Below, one piece after another: positions 53,737 through 63,450 of a stretch of DNA of 64,000 nucleotides. The position numbers were made by a program, and so were the translations under genes. The notes under the pieces were generated by a model that saw nothing but the letters and a program-made list of their open reading frames with translations, had not been told where the DNA came from and made no database searches. Position 1 is the stretch's first letter. Every line of letters begins with the position of its first letter. Origin of the DNA: Fimbriosthenelais zetlandica (taxonomy: Eukaryota); assembly GCA_977030845.1 (NCBI GenBank), contig OZ365114.1, forward strand, positions 26,412,001 to 26,476,000. The letters are read 5' to 3'.

Positions 53737-54580
53737 GGGTAGGGTGGGGCAAAACGCCCAGGTGGGGTAAAACGCCCACCACCAAAATATCAGTGATGCT
53801 CTATTTTTTCCCGTGACGTCAGTCATCAATAAGTGCTTCAATCCTAAAGGGTTTCTCCCCATGTGACACTGGTGGCACAATCTAATAACTTTAGTTTCTA
53901 TAGTCGATTTACCAATTTTGCCCTAATTTTTGTAAAAAATACACTGTGGTTATGTGGCTGCCAAATCCAGACAACTAGGTAGACTTCCAATAACTCTATA
54001 TGTGCTGGTAACTAAGGATGTTAGTTAGTCATTTACTGGGTTGTTGGTGGGCTATTGTTTAACAAGAGAGTTCAGGGAACTATAGTTACATGAACCTACA
54101 TTGGGGCAAAACGCCTACCCTGGTTCGGGGCAAAACGCCCATGTGGGCATTTTGCCCCTCGAAGAAATACATTGGGGCGTTTTGCCCCACACCAGGCTGG
54201 GCGTTTTGCCCCATCCATATTCGAACTAGTGGGGGGCAAAACGCCCACTAGTTCGGGGCAAAACGCCCACTAGGTTCGGGGCAAAACGCCCACCAGTTGG
54301 GGCAAAACGCCCAGTGGGCATTTTGCCCCCAGGCACCTGGGCGTTTTGCCCCCAAGGCACCTGGGCGTTTTGCCCCACATAGGGGGCAAAACGCCCTTTT
54401 CAGAAAAAAAATTATTTTCGAAATTTTAGAAAGAATATTAATGGAGGACTCATGGTTTAAAGGATATTGGTAGCACTAATAATACTTCATAATTTGTGAT
54501 TAGGATTGTTCTTCAAATTAAAAAAAATCAAGAGATACACCACATTCTGCTTAGGGTGGGCGTTTTGCCCCACCCTACCC
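53737..54580. mobile_element. Young non-autonomous DNA transposon (MITE, 844 bp; Tc1/mariner-pogo-like by TA TSD)
   Basis: Perfect 24-bp TIRs GGGTAGGGTGGGGCAAAACGCCCA (53737-53760) and its reverse complement (54557-54580). TA on both sides (53735-53736, 54581-54582). No ORF. 13 internal copies of GGGGCAAAA(C/T)GCC(C) at 54103-54396. Confidence 0.92.
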
Positions 54581-54635
54581 TACTCATTCATTTACTCATT
54601 CATTCATTCATTCATTCATTCATTCAATCATTCAT
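54581..54635. repeat. (TCAT)n microsatellite (MITE target site)
   Basis: tactcattcatt units continue on both sides of the MITE (also 53723-53736). Confidence 0.9.
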
Positions 54636-54660
54636 ATATTAACCCATACAACTAATAAGA

Positions 54661-54844
54661 AGGACTGGTTTCAGGCAGGTCCGAGCGGCCGTAGCCTATC
54701 GTGAGAGCATAGAACTAGAATATTATAGTTCTATGTTGTGACGGTAGGTCGCGCAAGCATCTGCCGCCGGAAGCCCAAGGCAGATCCTTGCACGACCAAC
54801 CTAAGCATGATACGAAGCCGCTGGACCTTACCGAAGCCTGTCCT
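54661..54844. other. Unidentified Y-shaped fold-back element (possible structured ncRNA or TE/viral terminal hairpin)
   Basis: Imperfect complementarity 54661-54703 with 54806-54844 encloses two hairpins: 54708-54717/54726-54735 (perfect 10 bp) and 54743-54765/54779-54801. Confidence 0.6.
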
Positions 54845-54848
54845 GTAT

Positions 54849-54944
54849 TTATGTCACCTCCAACCCACAAATATTACAATAATAAACGATAGTTTTACCT
54901 GTGTTTAGCGTGAAAACCTTCGCATTGTTTGTATCGGGCGCCAT
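54849..54944 (-). other. Candidate first coding exon (MAPDTNNAKVFTLNT, donor CAG|GTAAAA at 54899/54898) or 31-aa mini-ORF
   Basis: Context aaacaaaagcatcATGGCG. Unspliced it reads MAPDTNNAKVFTLNTGKTIVYYCNICGLEVT*. CpG-rich surroundings. No downstream exon identified. Confidence 0.3.
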
Positions 54945-55585
54945 GATGCTTTTGTTTCTCACCTCCTCGAGGGAGAGTTCCACACGCGCACACAACAACG
55001 GGTAACATGTCTAACGGTCTGTCTGTGGACGTAAATAAGAAGAAAGGTGGATGACCGAGCCCATAACAAACTTTACCCTTATATTAGGGTGCTAAGGACA
55101 TAGCCTGGAACATTCCTAAATGATTTGAATACTTCTCTGATAGTGTTTTGACTGACACAGTACAGAAACAAGATCAACAACATTAGAATCATCGGACCTT
55201 TTCTCGGGACATTAGCAGACTGTCACACTGTCACCAACACATTGACAACATGTAAACATTGCCATCCCTTCGGATATCAGGGTTTGAGGACAACTCACTT
55301 TGGATCGATGGATGGATTACAATTGTAAGTGTTAAATCTCCTTTCATTTGGTTTCACCAGGTTTCACTCATGCCCTACCTCTTTGACTAAATCATTCATT
55401 CACTAACACATTCACTCATTTCATGTTATCCCTTGTATTAGTTGTCCATGAAAATAACATGGGTACCTGGTATCCCGGAACTGGGACATATTAGTTCCAC
55501 TATTCACCGCTCAGTCAGGGCGTGCTGGTTTTGCCATAGCTTCCGGTCCTCTGACACATAATGTCATACATTCAAAATGGCAGAC

Positions 55586-55645
55586 GAGTGAATGGGAAGG
55601 GAAACCCACAGGCTAAAGCTCTTGGGTTTCCCATCCCATTCTCTC
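55586..55645. other. 60-nt hairpin, 23-bp stem with 2 mismatches
   Basis: gagtgaatgggaagggaaaccca / tgggtttcccatcccattctctc, with a 14-nt loop. Confidence 0.7.
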
Positions 55646-55716
55646 TCTCAGGGAATAATATAATAGCTAGGCCTACCAACAATACGACTTCTATGTGAGT
55701 TATATCACTACCTCCC

Positions 55717-55774
55717 TGACTCACTCACTCATTCACTCATACATTCCCTCATTCACTCACTCATTCCCTCACTC
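55717..55774. repeat. Degenerate (TCAC/TCAT)n microsatellite
   Basis: Seen directly. Confidence 0.8.
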
Positions 55775-56909
55775 TTTGTTACCAATAACATGTAGCAATC
55801 ACAACACAAAACGCAGCAAATTTCATTTAAGAGGAGAAAATTGGATGAAGCAGTCCAAGATCCCAGCGATCAATATTTAATAATTTCAATTTAAACAAAG
55901 GAAAGCAGGTGATTGGAAATGCCAAATCCACTTCCCATTAGTAGTATCAATCTCCGAGCTGGCCTCTTCTGGATCTGAGGCCGATGATATATGCACATGA
56001 GTTCCTCCGAGTTTCTCCTGACATGCCTAAATCTGTCAGTGAGTCAGCTAGAGGGTAAAGCGAGATGACCCAGATTAACTAGAATAAAACATGTAGGTCT
56101 ATGAACAATCATAGATGTACAGTGTACACAATTATGGATGATCACGTTCTTGGCCCATGTTTTTTTGTTTTGTTTTCTTTTTAGTTAGAATTTTGATAGA
56201 GCCTGTTATGGGTGAATACCAGCTCACACTCTTGATTACACAAGTTTTTGGTGAGAGATTTCATATAAGTATACCATAATCATTTCCAAAACAATAAGTC
56301 ACATAGGCCCTACATGACTTTTCCGACAATCTCCTGATCCCGGTGTCCTCAATACAGGCTACTTTTCCTATTACTTCACTTTCTATGAACTCCAACAAGC
56401 ATCGAGGATTCATGGTAAAAGAACACTTATAATTGAGAACAAACATGTTTATACGTCAACGCTTCACGCCACACTATATTCATGTAGAGGGAGCTGGGGA
56501 GTGTTTACTGGTGAAAGGTTGAACAGGTGTGCAGGTACCACCCTCCTACAAGTCTCTTTTTATATTTTGAAGCCTCAAATAACTATGTTTGTGTGGCATT
56601 TTATAGGAAAATATGTCATAATTTGTAAAGTCATTTTCCTGTCTGTTGCTCTACTACTGAATGGGATGAGTAACTCTTCGTCCAATAATATAGAGGATAC
56701 ATCTTAAAGAGACAAAATCGAAATAAACACATCCCCAACACATAGTCTAACATATCATATTATCTACAGGATTAGACTAAATTCAAATTAATTCAGGACT
56801 AGGCTCAAGTTGACGAATACATATTTTTGTCACACAATTTGAATATCCATCCCCAATGGAAATCTGAATATAGGCCATGGTCATAATCAGTTTCATCTTC
56901 CAAAATAAA

Positions 56910-56936
56910 ATCTGTCAGATCTGTCAGATCTGTCAG
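56910..56936. repeat. (ATCTGTCAG)x3 tandem repeat
   Basis: Seen directly. Confidence 0.9.
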
Positions 56937-59900
56937 ATGGCATTCCTCTATGGGAGGAGTAGGCCTGATCCCTCACTGTTCGTAGGCCTAGAGACACGTC
57001 GGAGCGTTCATGACCAATTCAACATTTGATAGTTCTAATGTATCACATGTCATGAACGGCGATGGAATTCAATACAGGAGATGTGAGAAGAGGAAAGAGA
57101 TTTTAATTTGTGTTTCAATTTGTTTAGATCTGATTTGCCGGGAGTTCTGTGTGAGGGCGTGTTGTTGGCACTTGTCTCTGGCATGGCAAGAATTATAGAC
57201 GCTCATGTCTGCGTGCTTTCTAACAGATTTGAAGTCACGATTCCAGTTATAAAGATTGATAAAAAAGAGGAGAACAGCAGACCACTGTTAGCAACAAACA
57301 CCCATACTAGAAAGGCATGCAAAAAGGTGTGTTTTTATGTTACAGTATGCCCTATCTACTCGCCTGTTAACTTTAGTGAAGGTACAAGTTAGGCGTAAGC
57401 CTACAGATCTAAATAGGATTTTGTAATGGGCCTCATGAAAAGTAGGCCTATCCTACATCCACACGTTCTTTAGATCGACAAGTTATGATATGTTATAATG
57501 GCCTGGCTCCAGGAGGCGATAAAATCCACCGATATAGGCTCTGTTGCAGGGGTTTGTCGCGACTTCTTTGGTATAGGCCTAGGCCTAGTTGAGCGACAGA
57601 CCCGCTGTTGGTCGCCTATAGCAGTTCCCTATATAGGAAAATAATAGATACTCACATTTAATTAGGCCTATCTTGGTTATGCCTAGCATAAGCTAGATGC
57701 CTACTGATTCCTCCAGCCAGGCCTAGGCAAGTTGTGTTGTATGAAACCAGTTGTAGGCTAGCAAAGTAATGAAGATGGTTCTCCCAAACATCAAGCTGGC
57801 TTATGGCAAGATCAGAATAAAGTGAAATACTATATAATATCTCTTGAGTCTTAACAATAACACTAAGGCAAACTCCCGCCCACTTCATAGGCCTATTCTC
57901 CTTTAACTTCTCCTTCTCCTCCCACTCATTCTCTTTGTCCACACTCACTTCCATAGGAAAAGTCGATTTCGGGCCTTTTGCCAGATTATGGTCTCCAGTT
58001 CCAAAATTACGATGCCTCTACTTAGGGGAACCCCCTTGCTATGATCTTGTTAGGACAAGAAAACATCAGAAAATACTTTTGATCTGACCCTCTCTTTAGG
58101 AAACGAAAGTAGGTCCCTAGTTCGTCTAGGCTACTTGATATTAAAATCAATTTAGCCTAGGCCTAATTTATCTAATTTCACTAGCCATAATTCTCTGTTG
58201 TAGGCTGTACAGAAAAATCAGAAGCAAATTTCTTTCTGTTCTCTTGGATTGAAAATTGAGATTTTTAGGACAAAATCTCGAACAAAACTGTGCATGAACC
58301 CCCATTGGCAACATGATGCTCCAAACAACTCCCCCGGGGGCTCATGGGGGCTGGCCCCTTCATGCCCCATCCCCAGCATCAAGTGACCCACTCCCTCAAC
58401 TGAAGAGCCACCCCAGACCATGGCCTTCCTTGCCTATCCAGTCAGACCAGTGTTTGTCCTGCCAACAAGCCTTGCCTTACCGAGCTGGCTCTTGGCAGGC
58501 CCATTTGGCAGCTGCATTATGATGCAGGGTGACATGAGGGCCCTACCTTCTCTCCTACCACTCAGCCAACTTGGGGAGCTGCTCCTTTGAGCTCCTCTAG
58601 TAACCAGTCCAGCTCTCTCAGTCTCAGAGCCAGCCAGGGATCAGGACATCACCAGAATTCTAAGTGACTCCAGGCCAGCCATCTTCAACAGAATATCAAT
58701 TCTTTAAAAACAGCCCACATCCCCATGTTTCAGGAATGCATCTCTCAGGTCCCTGGTCAAATTTATTTGATGCTATTTTCTATCTTGGTAATTTAAAACC
58801 TATAACTAGTCAATTTTCTCGTCGCATACTCTACCTCCCTGCAATATGGCACGATACCGATTGGACCCATTCATTATCAATTTGATATCCAAGTAACACA
58901 ATCATGGTTTTACTATAGATTTCATGTCTTCATGTCTACCTTTACAAGGAATTATTTCCAGTGGGTAAGGTTCATTGGCTTTTCTTGCTTGCTGTTGCAA
59001 AAAAGGAAAAAGTAAACATGTTTGCGCCTTAAACTCTCTAATCAATAATCAGCGGAAGGTAAATCTTTTCGACAGGCAAAAAGAACAGAAGGTTATCTTC
59101 TCCACTGTACCCCCTAAAGTGCCATGAAAACCAGCAGTGAAGTGTTTATTGACTCGCGTAATGTTGGCTGCCCAAACAACTACGTCAGACTCATCCAAAC
59201 GTCCACCTCACTGGATACGGCTTCGTATGGAAGCCGCTAGGGGGAAGAGCTCCCAGCTGTTCATATTCCTGGAAAGTGTGATTTTCAGGAGTAAAAAACA
59301 TGGTGGAAGTCACACCTCTGGTTTTGAGAATCACTCAGACCACTGGGGGGTATTGTCATGGCAACACCCGCGCTAAATGTCAAGGGGAGAGTTTACTTCG
59401 CATGGTTAGTAGTGTACTCTCACATTTTCTTCATCTTTTACGAGCTGTTCACAGAGGAAATATCGTTTGGGTATTATGTGGGTTTTCTTTTTAAGATTTC
59501 CCCAACATTATATATATTTTTAGAGCTGTATTTATTCTGGTTGTTCTTGGCGTGGCCGTCAGATTTCATCGCAACTTGCATGATATAAAGCAGGCAAGTA
59601 CGAAAAAAATAAGAACTTGAAGTAAAATAAGAACAATGAAATATTTAAACACTTGTGAGTTAGATAACTTTAAGGGGTGCTCTGCATTCAGGGTGTCCCC
59701 TTTGCCCCTCAATTTGGTGATGGAACTTTAATTAATTTAAGGAGCCATTAATTATTCTACAAAGTACTCATGTCAAAGACAATGTATCTGAGTTGTTCTG
59801 ATATTTTTATTAATCAGTTTTGCAAATTTAGGCAATTCCTGAATTTCGAATTTATATTTAGAACTTAGGATTGATATGAACCCTAGTAGATAATAGATAT

Positions 59901-60559
59901 GAGACAGTGTCCCTCTATTTTCATGTTAATACTCTTGGCCCAGATGCCATTTGCCAGGCCAAATGTCGTTCATCCATCCTGGGGCCTGTAGGTGGCGACA
60001 CTGCGTACATAAGCAAGTCGGCCATGTTGTATGCAGGGCAGGTATAGCAAGGATCGATCATTATTTTGACACGTGGGAAATGTTACACTTTCTCCTTGCT
60101 TTGATGTCTCCCGAGGCGCCAGCCTCGCTTTGAGTTTGTCCAAATTACCTTGTGAGTTCTCTGCCCTGAAAACACGGAAACTCCCGACATGCTCCCCGTC
60201 CCTAGCTTCCGCTCAAGGTCAAATGTCGCAAACCGAAGCCGAGGTTGGCATGACGATGGAAGGTCAGCCACTGGTCAATAGGTCGGGGGGTTTGGGATTC
60301 AAGGTCATTGTTCAAGGTCAAAGGGGAGACCTGGAACGGTGGAAGAACATGGTTCAGATCAATAATGAGGTGTGCGGCAGGCTGGTGTGATGCTAGATCT
60401 TCAGGCAGACGGGATATTAGGCTTCAGGGATATAGGGAAGAGAAAGGTGGCGTCCAGGGAGGCTCCCACCACCCCCACACCCCTCGTGGTTAAACTAGCT
60501 GTCAGTGAAAAATGATCTCCACAGCCTCAACCCTCAACAGACCTGTCGTCCTGGATGTG

Positions 60560-61489
60560 GGACCTGCTTATGACAGCTAAGAGACAGTGGCCAATATTGG
60601 ACTGACAACGGCATCAAATAAGCTAAATCATTGCGTCCTGACTGTAAGGCAAACAACATTGGTGTCTGGAAACCAGTATACAGTGTACATGTTGACAGGA
60701 TTTAATGTTACACAAAAAGTATTATACATGTATCTAGGGCTGACGCGAGAATGGGTGACATTTGTAAAGGCGGACATGATGTCAATTAAGTCTTGTCAGT
60801 AGGGCCATTATGTGTTTTGCAAATCTTTTGAAGGTTGTCAGTTCATGTACACATATGTGCCCACACTTCCAACTTCAATCTCCCTTAGTGACCACTGATA
60901 TTGGAACCTTACAGCTTGAAAGTTCTATGCTGGGAACATCCTTTGCAAGTTGTCAATTCATGTGCAAATGCACACAGACAATCCCACCCCGACCTTGGAG
61001 AAACACTCGGGCACCAACGCCTCCTGAGTCCTACATCCAGGACTTTAGGAATGGGGGCAACATTTATAATTCAAGCAAGAGAGAGACAAAGCAGGGCAAG
61101 CATCATTACAGAACGCCACCATGTGTCAAAGAGCACATTACTTCCCTTGAATGAGGGCAATCCTATGGTTTACCTTCCAGGCAATGTACAATTTATGCTA
61201 AAACTCGCTTGTTGGGCTTGACCATGCTTGTTATTAAAGCTTTAGAACCAATATTCCAAGTAGAAAAACATGACCAAGTTTGACCTAACTCTTTCGAGTA
61301 GTGCCTTTTGATTTTTCGATATTGTTGTGATAATTTTCGGTCAATACAAGGCGTGTCTAACCTGAAGTGAAATTCTCCTCTAGTTAGAGAATTGGTGTTG
61401 TTGTACAAAGCAAAATGACAACGTGTATACAAAGAGTGAACAACTAAACTTGAGATCTCCTCTACCACGACCCCTGGCGTGTAAAGCAT
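60560..61489 (-). mobile_element. Decayed Ngaro-type RT/RNase H remnant
   Basis: ORF 61193-61489: EEISSL, RGEFHF, LSQQY..ELGQ, TWNIGSKAL (KExxLG, PGEFRLI, SLQY..LGxG, DIxSAF). Then LVP..SKVG..IDNLQRM (VPxxxEKxxG..EIDTxxM), LLTRL-ID (FLRRLID), FSLFDA (LFTDAS). Confidence 0.55.
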
Positions 61490-62599
61490 TAATCTTTCAC
61501 CGGAAGTCGTTGTGGATTGACTGAAAGGTAAAGGTCAGCGCGTTCATTCTCCCCCATTGTCCTCCCCCTCTTCCTCCTCTGTGATTGGTTAATAGAGTCA
61601 TATGACCAATTTGAGGGTGTGGAAGCCAGAGCCCCGGGGGCGGTGACTGTAAGGCGAGGATTCTATTGTGTCCATAGTAGTTAGACCTGTACATTGCCAA
61701 TTCCATGGAACAGTCTTTGCCAAGTTTCACTTCAAGTTGTCATACTACGGTACCTTTTCTTGGCTTTGCCCATTCAATAAAAAAGATTGTATGTTTCCAA
61801 GCCTCCCCCTGGGGGAGCAGTCCCTTCTTGATGTGCCATCATCAACTTGGACTGCTCTCCTGGAATAAACAATGTTTTTCGCACTCTATATTTTCATTCT
61901 CATCTTTTCGTATATAGACGGTCGATTTATAAACATCTCCTTTTTTGCTAGCCTAGTAATAAAATGCCAGGGTTCTAACAACCGTAACATTTTGTGTCAG
62001 CCTTTCTGGGTCAGGACTTACATCCTGCAGTAAATCACTGTTCAGCAGTAAATGACGCCCATCACGCCGGAGCCGCCATTTTGTATGAGAATTAACTCCA
62101 CTTTGACTCACATCAAACACCCCCGACCCCTGGCCTCCAATCGACCGTCACACGCTTGCTTCATCTGCCTCTTTTAGCGCACGATTTTCTAAGTCCTTGG
62201 TGTTCCTCCATGGGTCGTAAGGACAGGCTAATCACCGCTAGAGAGGAAGACATTACGCTGTTTTTGAAGTAAGGGAAAGTAGTCCATCTGGGAGATCAAT
62301 GTCTGATGTATTTATCCGCCAGGACAAACCATGGGTGATAAGAAAACCTGCCCTCTTACTTTTGTATCCCCTAGTTTTGCTTATTTATAATTTCTTTAAA
62401 GCTATAAAGGCTGGAAATGTTAAGGGCTGGGTGGGGATAAAGTTTTGTGAAAAGGTTGGAGGAAGGGAAAGATAAGCACGAGTGAAAGAGCGGGGGCGGC
62501 AGAGATATATTTTGGGAATCTGTTATATTTGGCAGAAATCCAGTCACTTGACATTTCTCTGTGACAAAAGCTTTTGCTGTATGAACTTAATGTAACATT

Positions 62600-63450
62600 T
62601 TGTTCAGCAAGAAATCAAAGATCGTTTATGTATAAATATAATATTGTAACCTTGAACTCCTTCCCCTTGGGTCGCTAGGGCAGGTTAATTCGAAGGATGT
62701 GATTATGAAAATGCGTGATGCACTGATCAAATCTGCTATAGGAGTTATGGGAGAGGGAGTTCGGGGGAATGTATGATTTCTCTATGGAGATAAATTATTC
62801 CCTATCCTGGCTTCTCTAGATCCCCAGCGTAGCTGGCTTTACCTAAACTCCCTCAATTTAATGAGGCATGTATAATACGCAATAACATTTATGTAACATC
62901 ACATCCTAATAGATGCATGCACTTTTGGAATTGATGAAATTATGGATGAACAGATTGAATACATTGCCAAAACAGCACCTATTTGGTGATTTAATTGCCA
63001 GCTGCCAAGACTGGATATTTGATTGAATATACATACATTTCATCGATGATAATATTGGTTTTTCGCGATAGCTTCGCTATTGTCCGAGATTGCCTTATCA
63101 TAAAGTTCCCTTTCCTTTTCTTTCCCTCGCCTCCCCTACCTCCTAATTCCATTACCCCTTCCCTAAATCCCCTGCAATTAAGTAATGAATCATTACAAAC
63201 ACTAGGTGGAAGCACCTAACGAGTTGTATTGATCTTTGAATATCTGTCATAAGCCATCATAGCTGTCATATATCAGGCCGGCAGTCAGTGATGGATGTTA
63301 CCAACATGTGTACGGCAGACAGTCGTGATTGATAGACCTGTAATCCAAATGATTCTGACTTAATGTAATCAATACTTTAATGCCGCTACCCACGGCCACT
63401 CAAATCCAATGATTACTCTATAGCAATTGGGTCTCTCCCCGCGACAGAAT
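62600..63450 (+). mobile_element. Decayed Penelope-like RT remnant
   Basis: HFIDDNIG 63036-63059 (RYIDD), DVT ~63295, NPNDS 63342-63356 (KPTDSH), YPRPLKSNDYS ~63387-63419 (HPxHxKxSIPYS). Confidence 0.55.

Noticed and set aside
54103-54396. Motif array as a CRISPR
   Set aside because: Repeats are 14 bp, in mixed orientation, with 4-24-bp non-unique spacers and no cas genes; the context is eukaryotic and the array lies inside TIRs.
53723-54594. 14-bp direct repeat TACTCATTCATTTA flanking the MITE as a long TSD
   Set aside because: Explained by insertion at a TA inside a pre-existing TACTCATTCATT microsatellite.
58313-58522. CLSC..AHL as a gag zinc knuckle
   Set aside because: Spacing does not fit CX2CX4HX4C and no pol follows.
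59358-59588. Hydrophobic ORF as a membrane protein exon
   Set aside because: Hydrophobicity is explained by T-rich composition; no family motif or splice support.
12830-61541. 17-bp direct identity AAGGTAAAGGTCAGCGC (12830-12846, 61525-61541)
   Set aside because: Chance expectation is not negligible (roughly 0.2-0.5), and the flanks are unrelated.
958-63219. The ~190 short ORFs of the supplied track as genes
   Set aside because: All are 152 aa or shorter, low-complexity or chance frames or fragments of decayed TE proteins. No coherent multi-exon host protein was recognisable.
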